Source: Candidatus Thorarchaeota archaeon
GTDB taxonomy: Archaea > Asgardarchaeota > Thorarchaeia > Thorarchaeales > Thorarchaeaceae
Length of the DNA: 64,000 nucleotides
Reading direction: 5' to 3'
NCBI GenBank assembly: GCA_003345595.1
Contig: PRDI01000058.1
Coordinates: forward strand, 23,961-87,960
The translations under genes and the position numbers were made by a program. Below are positions 55,424-64,000 of the stretch, piece by piece. The notes under the pieces were generated by a model. It made no database searches, was not told where the DNA came from, and saw only the letters and a program-made list of their open reading frames with translations. Every line of letters starts with the position of its first letter. The stretch's first letter is position 1.

Positions 55424-55783
55424 CTAATAGTAGTCGACATCGAGCTCGCCTCGGGTGTAGCCATGACCTTTCAGATGCTGTCCTCCGCACAGTAGGACCA
55501 TGTTGTACGGAAACAGTGCCACTCTTGCTCCACTTGGTACGATATCTGACTTCTTTGCAAGAGTTCCGTCTATGAAGCAATCACCAAGCTGTTCAGGAGT
55601 GAGACCCATGCGGCTTGTAAGCTGTTCGAAAGTCTCGTTCATAACATGGGCGACCCACATCACTGTGTCTTCGTCGGGCCGGCTCCCCGGTACGAGGGAC
55701 CTGAGCTCGCCGTACAGATGGATCTCGATCCGTGGTGGGCCTTGCGCTGTTGCCTCATGCATGTGCTGCGCCAAATGAGTCAT
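55424..55783 (-). CDS. Atypical MoaD/ThiS-like protein with C-terminal extension
   Basis: IEIHLYGELR...CFIDG...VPSGARVALFP, then NMVLLCGGQHLKGHG. Start at 55783 or 55762; the track start overlaps the AOR gene. Confidence 0.7.
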   Translation of the reverse strand: MTHLAQHMHEATAQGPPRIEIHLYGELRSLVPGSRPDEDTVMWVAHVMNETFEQLTSRMGLTPEQLGDCFIDGTLAKKSDIVPSGARVALFPYNMVLLCGGQHLKGHGYTRGELDVDYY

Positions 55784-55934
55784 CCCGAATTCATATGGGT
55801 CATCGACGGCTCGGGCGCCGTGCGCCACTTGCCGTGTTCCGTTACATGTAGTCCATCCGTAGGCAAAAGAAGCTTCCTGAAGGTGCTTGATACAAAAGGA
55901 GGTAGAGGGGAAAAGTATCCCCTCTAGAATTGGA

Positions 55935-57728
55935 CTAGAATCCCTTGAACACCGCATCGATGTCTGCGTCTGTGACATCGAAAGTGACGTTGTGCGGCGG
56001 GAGTTTCTCAGTGCGGAAGAACTCAGGCAACCTGTCGTCGCGTTCAGTGAACCCTGCTCTCTGGTTGAAGCCGCGTTCGGCTTTCAGCACGGCCGTTCCG
56101 TACTCTGTGACATCAATCTTCTTGCCGAGGAAGGAATCAACAGTGTCAGTCATGGCCTTGAAGCCTGCGTCATCGTCCAGAACGCAGAATGCAACGAAGA
56201 GGCAGTATCCGCTGGAGTCGAGATAGGCAGTCGTAGATTGGAAGGCGCGTGAGAGGTCGGCCTTCTTGAGGTCTCTTGGATCAGTGACCTTGCCCTTGAT
56301 GCCGAGTATCTCAGCCGCTATGGTGTAGCCTGAGGTGTGGTCTGCTCCCATTGGGTTGGTCGCGTAGGTCACACCAATACCACGGATTGGTCTTGGGTCG
56401 TATGCAGGTAAGGACTGTCCCTTGACAACTGGAATCCGGGTGACTCCTAGCGCATGCCCAGTGGTTGACGCTCCTGAGCACACCAGCCTGCCAAGGTAGG
56501 ACTTCGGGTTGTACGCCTCCTTCAGAGCAGCAATAGCTGCCGGGCCATCACCGAACTTGATCATTCCAGCCTCCATGAGCATGGCCAGAGTGTTGCCGGT
56601 TTCAATCGTGTCCACTCCGAGGTCGTTGCAGAGCCTGTTGAGCTCGGCGACGTCTTTGAGGACGCTGATGCCCAGGTTAGTACCCAGAGCCCATACGGTC
56701 TCATATTCGAGGGGCGAAACCTGCAGTTTGCCTGTGTCTTCGTAGGGTACTGCGTTGGAGCATGCCATGACACAGCCAGGGTGACAGGCGTGACCATACG
56801 TGCCTTGTGCCTTGTCTCCATGCTTCGCCCTTGTCCTGTCAACAAGCTCATGAACCGCTTCTCCCGAGATCTTAGCTGCTCCTTCAAAGCGTCCTTCGTG
56901 GAAGGCTCTGGTTGGAAGGCCACCGGCTTCGTTCAGAATGTTCTGGAGCACATTCGTCCCGTAGTTCTTTAGGGCACCGAATGGCTTCCCCTTATCGTCC
57001 TTGAGTTTGCCTGTGATGGGGTGAGCGTCTAGTGACTTCACGAACGTCTTGCGCGCGGCGTCAAATCTGTCGTTCTCTTTGGCTGCAGGGACGGCACCAC
57101 CAGTGTCGTCACTCACAATGGCGACAACGTGTTTCGAGCCAAGCACCGCACCCAACCCGCCTCGGCCCGCGTACCTACCAGCATCCGTGTTCTCCACGTT
57201 ATTGCCAAAGACACCCGCAGCTTTCTGAAGGCGTTGGCCAGCAAGACCACAACCAATGATGCCTGGTTTCGATGGATACTCCTTCCAGATTCTGGCTATC
57301 AGGTCGTAGGTTCCGAGTCCAGCGTATTCGTTCTTCTTGACGATCTCGCACTTGTCCTTCCCGACAAGGAGGGTGTACCAGTCCTTGCTCGCTGCGGGGG
57401 GCGCGCCTTCAAGTATGAGACCCCGTACCCCGATGCGGGCGAGCCTGGTTCCAGTGAGTCCGCCAGCGTTAGCTTCTTTGATGCCGCTGGTCAGAGGGGA
57501 CTTTGCTCCTACGCTCACTCTACCAGACGAGGGTGCGTATGTTCCAGCAAGTAGACCCGGTGACACCACGAACTTGTTCCGTTCACGGAGCGGATGACAC
57601 ATGGGATCGACTTCGGTCGAAACAATATGTGAGGTGAAAGCTCTACCAGCCAGATGCTCCTGCTCTGGCTTGAGCTTCTCCCACTTGAATGTCAGGTCAG
57701 TCATGTTGACCCTTAGAACCTTGCTCAT
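55935..57728 (-). CDS. Aldehyde:ferredoxin oxidoreductase family protein
   Basis: KSPLT, AGRGGLGAVLGSK, CHPGCVMAC, LEYET, LGVDTIE, GADHT and DSSGYCLF. Confidence 0.92.
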   Translation of the reverse strand: MSKVLRVNMTDLTFKWEKLKPEQEHLAGRAFTSHIVSTEVDPMCHPLRERNKFVVSPGLLAGTYAPSSGRVSVGAKSPLTSGIKEANAGGLTGTRLARIGVRGLILEGAPPAASKDWYTLLVGKDKCEIVKKNEYAGLGTYDLIARIWKEYPSKPGIIGCGLAGQRLQKAAGVFGNNVENTDAGRYAGRGGLGAVLGSKHVVAIVSDDTGGAVPAAKENDRFDAARKTFVKSLDAHPITGKLKDDKGKPFGALKNYGTNVLQNILNEAGGLPTRAFHEGRFEGAAKISGEAVHELVDRTRAKHGDKAQGTYGHACHPGCVMACSNAVPYEDTGKLQVSPLEYETVWALGTNLGISVLKDVAELNRLCNDLGVDTIETGNTLAMLMEAGMIKFGDGPAAIAALKEAYNPKSYLGRLVCSGASTTGHALGVTRIPVVKGQSLPAYDPRPIRGIGVTYATNPMGADHTSGYTIAAEILGIKGKVTDPRDLKKADLSRAFQSTTAYLDSSGYCLFVAFCVLDDDAGFKAMTDTVDSFLGKKIDVTEYGTAVLKAERGFNQRAGFTERDDRLPEFFRTEKLPPHNVTFDVTDADIDAVFKGF

Positions 57729-57967
57729 TTTAGTCTAGACACCTCCGAGGTGATTGATATTATGCGCGGAGGCAGGATATATGACAGTGTTATGTACGGC
57801 AAGGCATATCGTGCTTGGTGGACGATGGCAGATCGCCCCTGGGCCCAGCAAGAACGCCCCAGTTGGGGAAGTGTCGAACCTTGGCGAGGAGCTGCCCAAA
57901 GAGAATATAGTCCCCTTTGCGCCACAATGACGGGAACAGACTCGGTCGAACTGGGAAGTTGAACTGC

Positions 57968-58837
57968 ATGTGCGAGTGGTGCTACAGACATGGTGCCGGG
58001 CAGAAGTGGTACCTGAACTCGAGGAACTACTTGCGGGAAACCGCGCTTGAAGTTGGCGCTCACGACTACATTTTCGAACTCTGGAAGCAGTTTGAGAAGG
58101 TCTACCTGCAGAGAATATACGGGATATCGATGAGGGGTCCGGGCTACAAGTTCAACACCCCTGTAGTAGGTGGGGCTCTCAAATGGTATGTCAATAGCTG
58201 GTTCAAGAAGGAGAAACCCCTGAAGGGACGAAACGCCAGAAGAGCCGAGGGTCATCCCGGTCAAGTCGTGCCTCTTGAGGATGCAAAGAAGATCCTGAAG
58301 CTGGCAGATCCCATCCTGAGAGTGAACTGCGCCTGCAGGAAGATGACCCGTGGAGTCAACGACCCATGCTGCCTTGCTTTTGGTGCTCTGGCTGAGATGG
58401 TACCAAAGCTTCCGCGATATATACCCGAGAGAGGAATGGAACCATTGCACATAGACGAAGCCCAGGCCTTTGTCGAAGAGATGAACGAGGCTGGGCGAGT
58501 CAATACAGTGTGGTTTGGACCGATGCCATATATCGCTGCATTGTGCAGCTGTCAGCAGCCGGAATGTGCCGCAACTCGACTCAGGACTTCCTACGGCCTC
58601 CAGTTCCTATACAAGGGCGAGTACGTTGCCAAGGTAGACTCGTCGAAGTGCGACGGATGTCAAGCATGCGCATCGAGATGCCAGTTTGGAGCATTGACGT
58701 TCAATAGTCTGATGAATCGTCCCTTCATCGATGGCTGGAAGTGCTTCGGGTGCGGCCTATGTTCGACAGCCTGTCCACAGGGCGCAATCGGGATGGCAGA
58801 CCGCGTGTCGTTCCCAGCTCTTAAGGGGGTCTGGTGA
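57968..58837 (+). CDS. 4Fe-4S binding protein
   Basis: MCEWCYRHG, CACR...PCC, LCSC...C and two C-terminal ferredoxin motifs (CDGCQACASRC, CFGCGLCSTACP). Confidence 0.85.
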   Translation: MCEWCYRHGAGQKWYLNSRNYLRETALEVGAHDYIFELWKQFEKVYLQRIYGISMRGPGYKFNTPVVGGALKWYVNSWFKKEKPLKGRNARRAEGHPGQVVPLEDAKKILKLADPILRVNCACRKMTRGVNDPCCLAFGALAEMVPKLPRYIPERGMEPLHIDEAQAFVEEMNEAGRVNTVWFGPMPYIAALCSCQQPECAATRLRTSYGLQFLYKGEYVAKVDSSKCDGCQACASRCQFGALTFNSLMNRPFIDGWKCFGCGLCSTACPQGAIGMADRVSFPALKGVW

Positions 58838-59058
58838 TGAAGACCGACATCATAGTCGACTACCGCAAGTGCGGGGATCCGAGGGAATGCAAGAAGTGTC
58901 TCAAGGTCTGTCCCCCTGCACTCTTTATCATGTACCCTCCGGACTATAAGAGTAACGACCCGGATGAGTGGAGAGTGGATGTAGCGTTCACAGACCTCTG
59001 CACCAGATGTGGTGACTGCGTAAGAGACTGCCCAAGGGGCGCAATCAGACTGAAGTAG
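58834..59058 (+). CDS. Ferredoxin (4Fe-4S dicluster type)
   Basis: CGDPRECKKCLKVCP and CTRCGDCVRDCP; abuts or overlaps the upstream stop. Confidence 0.85.
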   Translation: MMKTDIIVDYRKCGDPRECKKCLKVCPPALFIMYPPDYKSNDPDEWRVDVAFTDLCTRCGDCVRDCPRGAIRLK

Positions 59059-59106
59059 CCCGAAAGACTGAAGTGGCAGCACGGATGTCTGTCCCTCGGT
59101 GAGCAA

Positions 59107-60105
59107 GTGGCGAACTGCTTTGTGACCGGGGGAACGGGTTTCGTAGGGAGTCACATTCTGAATCTCCTCTGCGATAAGCATCACTCTGTGTTTTCGCTCG
59201 CTCGAGAAACCTCAGTGCTAGGCTTTCTCCCGCAGGGTGTCATGACGGTTCGCGGTGATGTCACAGACCTAGATGCCCTGACGAATGCAGTGCCCAAGGA
59301 TACCGAATGGTTCTTTCACAACGCAGGGGTGATGGCAGACTGGGGTGGCAAGACTCACTTCTATCCAGTAAATGTGGAAGGGACCCACAATGTTCTGGAA
59401 ACTGTCAGAAGGAAGGACATTCCCCGGCTCATCCATACCTCGTCGACCGGCGTCTATGGTTTTCCGGATTCATCCCAGCCGTTAGACGAAGAGGCGCCGA
59501 AGAGACCCGAAGGCTTCTATCAGAAATCGAAGTATGAGGGAGAGAAGCTGATTGAGCAATACTCGAAGGACTACGGCATCAAGGCGACTGTGGTCCGTCC
59601 TCCGACTGTGCTCGGGCCACATGATATGTTCACTGCCCCCCAGATTGTGGATCGCGTTGCCAAGGGTAGCATGGTCTACTTCGGCGATGGTACCAACCTA
59701 ATCAGCTTTGCACATGCTGAGGACGTGGCTGCATGTCAGGTCGCCGCTGCCGAGCGTTTCGACAAGTCTGCAGGCAATGCATACAATGTCATCTCTTTCA
59801 CATGCCAGTTCAAGGAGCTTCTTCAAACCATAGAGAGTCAGTTGAATCCTCCAGCAACAGGGCGTCTTCGCCGAGTGCCCTACAGGGCTGCTTTGACGCT
59901 CGGGACCCTGATGGGCGGCACTTACAGCGCATTTCGGAGCAAGAAGGCACCTTTGTTGACTAGTTTCCGAGTCAAGCTCTTCGGGACTACATACATCATT
60001 GATGACTCAAAGGCGCGAAGAGAACTGGGCTACACACCCAAACACAACTTGGAGTCAACTGTCAAGAGTATGCTGACAAGAGTCGAGTCCTTCAAGCCTA
60101 GGTAG
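59107..60105 (+). CDS. NAD-dependent epimerase/dehydratase (3-beta-HSD-like extended SDR)
   Basis: TGGTGFVG, HNAG, VNVEGT, TSSTGVYG and YQKSK. Confidence 0.87.
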   Translation: MANCFVTGGTGFVGSHILNLLCDKHHSVFSLARETSVLGFLPQGVMTVRGDVTDLDALTNAVPKDTEWFFHNAGVMADWGGKTHFYPVNVEGTHNVLETVRRKDIPRLIHTSSTGVYGFPDSSQPLDEEAPKRPEGFYQKSKYEGEKLIEQYSKDYGIKATVVRPPTVLGPHDMFTAPQIVDRVAKGSMVYFGDGTNLISFAHAEDVAACQVAAAERFDKSAGNAYNVISFTCQFKELLQTIESQLNPPATGRLRRVPYRAALTLGTLMGGTYSAFRSKKAPLLTSFRVKLFGTTYIIDDSKARRELGYTPKHNLESTVKSMLTRVESFKPR

Positions 60106-60108
60106 ACT

Positions 60109-60936
60109 TCACTTCAATCTGCGCTTTCTACCCACCATTTGCAGATGCCCGGCGAAGTTGACCAGTGAGCGATTCGTGCAATGGTCAAGCTCCATCTTGA
60201 GCAATCGTTGCCTTGTCTCCGCATCGTTCTCCAGCTTCTCCAACGTTTCCGCCTTGACCTGATGCATGAAGACGGGTGCGCCTACAACCTCGATGACCTC
60301 GAGACCGGCCGCTTGAAAGTGGTCTGCCAGTTCCTCCCACGTGAGATTGTATTGTGGCCAATCGAAGTCGTAGGAGATGCTAGTGGTCAACAGCTTTTCT
60401 GCCTCGTCGACCAAGCCGGCTTGGATAAGCTCAGGCACCCGCCTGAACTTCGTGTCAAGACTGACTATGACGTATGATTGGGGCTTGGCCACTCTAGTCA
60501 GCTCTTTCACAGCATTCCAGGGCTCAAGGCAGTATGAAACCGCATCATATTGGGAGAACACGTAGTCAAACAGACTTGATTGGAACTCCTTCATGTCTGA
60601 AATGTCCGACTTCACGAACGCTATGTCATGACTAGTCTTCACCTTGGCGAGTCTCTTCTTGGCCTGTTCAAGCATGCCCTGCGACAAGTCTGATAGAACG
60701 ATGTTATGATACCCCAGGGCGATCAGCTTCTCGGCCCAGTAGCCGTCGCCTCCGCCAGCATCGAGAATTCTGACTGTCTTGTCCTTTGGCAAGTACTTCA
60801 GCATGAAATACCATGTGATGTCGTCAGCAAAGCTCATTGCCGAGCGACTGGTATCATACCTAGAAGGAGCGAATGGACCTGACGAGTATTCTTCGGCATA
60901 CTTGTCGAATATCTCCTCGACCTTCCGCTTGTCCAT
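60109..60936 (-). CDS. Class I SAM-dependent methyltransferase
   Basis: ILDAGGGDG, DLSQGML, FDYV and ELTRVAKP. Confidence 0.87.
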   Translation of the reverse strand: MDKRKVEEIFDKYAEEYSSGPFAPSRYDTSRSAMSFADDITWYFMLKYLPKDKTVRILDAGGGDGYWAEKLIALGYHNIVLSDLSQGMLEQAKKRLAKVKTSHDIAFVKSDISDMKEFQSSLFDYVFSQYDAVSYCLEPWNAVKELTRVAKPQSYVIVSLDTKFRRVPELIQAGLVDEAEKLLTTSISYDFDWPQYNLTWEELADHFQAAGLEVIEVVGAPVFMHQVKAETLEKLENDAETRQRLLKMELDHCTNRSLVNFAGHLQMVGRKRRLK

Positions 60937-60986
60937 GAGAATGTATTGATCTCTAGTCTGCTATGTATGTTTCTACATCTGGCCGA

Positions 60987-62243
60987 CTAATGCTGTGGCT
61001 TCAGAGGCAGTTGTCTGTAGAGAGCGACAGCGACCAACAGAAGTAACACCGATGCCCCGAGTATTGCCGCGAACAGGGCGGTGGTTCCCATCGCGAAGAA
61101 CCGTTCATATGTCAGTGGAACGACTGCCATTCCTGCAAACTGCACGGACATCAGCAGGCCTGCCAGGGCGCCGCGCTTCTGAGGCGCAATCATCTGACTG
61201 TAGTAGATTGCGACCGGGTACAACGTTCCAGCAACGACTCCAACAACCAACAGGGCGGCCGTGATCAGAGGCAGACTCTCCGCTGTGCCAAAGCCAGTGA
61301 TGCTCATCAGAAGAGCACTTGAAATCATTGACGCGCCCGCGCCCACGATCATGGGGAGGGCTACCCCTCTGCGCCTGATGAGCCCGCCTGTATACACTCC
61401 CACAATTGCCGCCATGAGAGCCGAGATGAGGAGAATACCTGCGACGGTGGGCTCGTCAACCAGACCAGACAGAGCCCTGGATGTCCAGACTAATGTCGCC
61501 AGATACGTTTCGGAAAACATGAACCCCAGAAGGAGCGTGAGCAGCACGACTGGTCTGCGCCACTCCGCCGCGATGTTCGATAGAAGTGCTCTCACCCCCG
61601 ACTCGACATTGGCCAAATGCGGAGGACCCTTGACAATAGCGATTGTTACCAATGCAACCACAGAAAGAGATGACAGCCAAACATAGAACCAACGCCAGCT
61701 ATACTCAACAACTAGGCCGGCAACAACTGGGCCTACTCCGACTCCAATTGATCCTACTGCTCCTATTATCCCCATCCTAGCAGCGATTCTGTCAGCAGGG
61801 GCCAGATCAGTGACGAGGGCAATGATAACCGGGTTCACAAACCCCCAGCCGGCCCCAATGACTGCATGAGCCGCAGTGAACATCACAAGCGAAATCGATG
61901 CTGCCGACGTGATGAGGCCTGCTGTGAACAACAGTAGACCACCAAGAAGCACGGGCACCCTTCCCTTCACATCTGAGATGGCACCAGAAAACAGCTGCAG
62001 AATCGCAAACGGTATCATGAAAGCTGGGATTGCAGTCAATACCATCGTTGGGTCCACTCCGAACTCCACAGAGAGGGCTTGAAGGAGGACCAACATGGCA
62101 TTCATGATGAGGGGACCGACGAACACCAGAAGGTATGCTATGGCCTCAAGATACGAAGACTTCCTCATCCGATGGGTTTCGGCCGCTGCATGGTCTTCGC
62201 CGCCAGTGGATTCTGGACCGGCTTCGGACGGAGACACTGGCAT
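60987..62243 (-). CDS. MFS transporter
   Basis: 12-TM pattern; SGAISDVKGR motif A; GPVVAG. Confidence 0.87.
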   Translation of the reverse strand: MPVSPSEAGPESTGGEDHAAAETHRMRKSSYLEAIAYLLVFVGPLIMNAMLVLLQALSVEFGVDPTMVLTAIPAFMIPFAILQLFSGAISDVKGRVPVLLGGLLLFTAGLITSAASISLVMFTAAHAVIGAGWGFVNPVIIALVTDLAPADRIAARMGIIGAVGSIGVGVGPVVAGLVVEYSWRWFYVWLSSLSVVALVTIAIVKGPPHLANVESGVRALLSNIAAEWRRPVVLLTLLLGFMFSETYLATLVWTSRALSGLVDEPTVAGILLISALMAAIVGVYTGGLIRRRGVALPMIVGAGASMISSALLMSITGFGTAESLPLITAALLVVGVVAGTLYPVAIYYSQMIAPQKRGALAGLLMSVQFAGMAVVPLTYERFFAMGTTALFAAILGASVLLLLVAVALYRQLPLKPQH

Positions 62244-62367
62244 GAATCAGAAAAGCCAGAAGAACCTACAGAAAACCTTCGTGGTGCGACATAGCTCTGG
62301 CCATAAGCTCGAGGATGGCCCCAGAAGCATGAACGCCCACGCACCTGCACTTGGCAGACGTTTCGCT

Positions 62368-63504
62368 TCAGGTCATCTCATCGACAAGTTCGACCAAATC
62401 CAGCACTCTGTCTATGTGGCCTCTGTTCGCATCGCTTAGGTTTCGTTTGCAGAATGGGCATGTTGATACAAGCACATCTGCATCTGTGGATCGTGCTTGC
62501 TCCAGCCGCATACTCGCAGTCGCTTGCGCCAGCTCCGGAAATGAGGATTTGACGCCGCCGCCTGCCCCGCAGCACCATGCATTGTTCCGGTTGGACTGCA
62601 TCTCAACAAATCCTACAGGCAACGCTGCAAGGGTCTCCCGTGGCTCTTCATATACTCCCATGTGTCTACCCAAATGGCACGGATCATGGTATGTCACGCG
62701 GCCGATTGCACCGCGAGCTTTGGGCTTCAGTTTGCCTCCGTTTAGTAGCTCATCCGCAAGTTGTGAGGAATGAATCACTTCCATGCCCAAGTCCGTTCCT
62801 AGATTCTTGTAGTCCTTTGAGAGTGTTCGATAGCAGCCTGCGCAGGGAGTGACAACTCTCTCCGCGCCTGCCATTTCTATCACGTGCAGGTTGTGTTCTG
62901 CAACGTTTCGCGCTGCCGCTTTCTGCCCTACTCTGAGAAGAGGTGAGCCACAACAGTACTCGTCAACAATCGTAAAGTCAATGCCGGCTTTCCTGAGTAT
63001 CGAGATTGTTGCATCGCGTATGCTGGTTTCCCTATAGTTTGCAGTGCAGCCCATGAAGAGTATGGTGTCTGCCTTGGCGGGCAAGTGAAGCTGCTCCGCG
63101 ATCTGACGACTGTGATGTGTGGCGTTGTATGGGTTATGCTTGCTGATGATGCTCTCAGCGAGATCATGATGAGCAGGCAATGGGCCAAGCTTGTCAACTG
63201 CTAAGCCTCTCAGTTCCTCAATGATGTCGACAATATGCTCCCTATGCGGCGCCATGCATTGAGTCTGACAGCTTCCACAAGTGGTACAGGCAAAGACTGG
63301 TTTCAGCATCGACTGTTGCCAGTGTATGTCGCCTACGGCCAGACCTCGGGCGACTGCTATCCTGCCAGATGCGAAATAGGTTTCGAGCTTGTAGTATTCT
63401 CCCGACGGGCAAGACGGTTCATAGTTTCGAAAGATGTACTTGCAGGTGCCGCACCGGTTACATCTGTGTAGCCATTGACCGATCACTGACTGATGTGAAT
63501 TCAC
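62368..63504 (-). CDS. Fe-S oxidoreductase with CCG domains (GlcF/HdrD-like)
   Basis: CNRCGTC, CTTCGSCQTQC, YCCG, CAGC, YHDPCHLGR, CCGAGG and CPFC. GTG start at 63504 overlaps the upstream TGA. Confidence 0.88.
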   Translation of the reverse strand: MNSHQSVIGQWLHRCNRCGTCKYIFRNYEPSCPSGEYYKLETYFASGRIAVARGLAVGDIHWQQSMLKPVFACTTCGSCQTQCMAPHREHIVDIIEELRGLAVDKLGPLPAHHDLAESIISKHNPYNATHHSRQIAEQLHLPAKADTILFMGCTANYRETSIRDATISILRKAGIDFTIVDEYCCGSPLLRVGQKAAARNVAEHNLHVIEMAGAERVVTPCAGCYRTLSKDYKNLGTDLGMEVIHSSQLADELLNGGKLKPKARGAIGRVTYHDPCHLGRHMGVYEEPRETLAALPVGFVEMQSNRNNAWCCGAGGGVKSSFPELAQATASMRLEQARSTDADVLVSTCPFCKRNLSDANRGHIDRVLDLVELVDEMT

Positions 63505-64000
63505 AGCGCCCACCTCCCAGGGTTCATTATCCCGTTCGGATCGAGCGTCTTCCTGATTCTGCGCAGCAGTTCTACAAATCCTGGATCAGCTTTCTCTTGG
63601 ACCTTCTTCGCGGCCCATACAGGTGTCTTGTACGGAAGTGCTTTCAAGCCAAGAGCAATATCGAGTAGCTCTTCATTGCAGCGTCGTATCTGCTCCACGG
63701 TTGTCTCGTCCTTTGGGAATCGAATAATGAACTTGAACTCGCCGAAGTGCATGCCGTTCATTGGCTTGAGGTAGGCCATCAGCTCGAACCCATACTTCTC
63801 AACAATGCGTCTTCCTTGGAACAACGCCTCTGCCCAATGCTTGGGATGGATATATGTGCCAACCCAAGTCAAGCCGTCATACTCTGTCAGAACCTTGTAA
63901 GCATCAGATGGGAAGTCCACCCATGACTCTGCCTGATCCCCCATCATCTTGGATACCACGTCCCAGTCAACCAAGATCTGACGCTCGTCAGCTTTTCTTG
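63501..64000 (-). CDS. FAD-linked oxidoreductase (GlcD/D-lactate dehydrogenase family), C-terminal part; 5' end outside window
   Basis: C-terminal LRRIRKTLDPNGIMNPGRW signature; translationally coupled to a CCG-domain gene. Confidence 0.75.
   Translation of the reverse strand, partial: RKADERQILVDWDVVSKMMGDQAESWVDFPSDAYKVLTEYDGLTWVGTYIHPKHWAEALFQGRRIVEKYGFELMAYLKPMNGMHFGEFKFIIRFPKDETTVEQIRRCNEELLDIALGLKALPYKTPVWAAKKVQEKADPGFVELLRRIRKTLDPNGIMNPGRWAL

Noticed and set aside
57729-57967. Moco/Tuco riboswitch upstream of the second AOR
   Set aside because: No match to the consensus segments by eye.
1-64000. rRNA, tRNA, CRISPR arrays, transposases, integrases or ORB-type replication origin
   Set aside because: No cloverleaf or T-loop signatures, regularly spaced direct repeats, transposase/recombinase motifs or ORB boxes were recognised. 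Short or intron-split tRNAs could be missed without tRNAscan-SE.

Overview
A gene-dense archaeal chromosomal segment. The evidence is an archaeal-type ThrRS, a topoisomerase VI B subunit, cofE, GGTGA/GGAGG ribosome-binding sites and TATA-like promoters. The style of the surface proteins and the gene repertoire suggest an Asgard archaeon, probably Thorarchaeia; this is inference and was not checked by search. About 45 protein genes are supported, mostly for heterotrophic catabolism: an Opp/Dpp peptide ABC system plus an extra binding protein and ATPase, an Xaa-Pro peptidase, a penicillin-acylase-family Ntn hydrolase, two tandem non-canonical transcarbamylases, threonine- and lysine/saccharopine-type dehydrogenases, two AOR-family W/Mo enzymes each with MoaD-like partners, rubrerythrin and a flavodiiron protein, three MFS transporters and a type II P-type ATPase. 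No rRNA, tRNA, CRISPR array or intact transposase was seen. The most striking item is a 1211-aa in-frame fusion of a complete aldehyde:ferredoxin oxidoreductase with a complete AMP-forming acyl-CoA ligase. It is divergently linked through a palindromic TATA box to a MoaD, two SCP2-like lipid-carrier genes and a monoacylglycerol-lipase-like hydrolase, next to a 3-hydroxyacyl-CoA dehydrogenase, making a candidate lipid-aldehyde-to-acyl-CoA module. Other notable items: a split PH/GLUE-like protein with zinc ribbons, a circularly permuted family-5 solute-binding protein, a duplicated uncharacterised 2-TM domain, three ubiquitin-fold proteins none of which ends in a free Gly-Gly, several gene remnants (a metG fragment, an SBP fragment, a stop-interrupted membrane protein) and several structured non-coding leaders. 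All calls come from motif recognition by eye; no database search was run.
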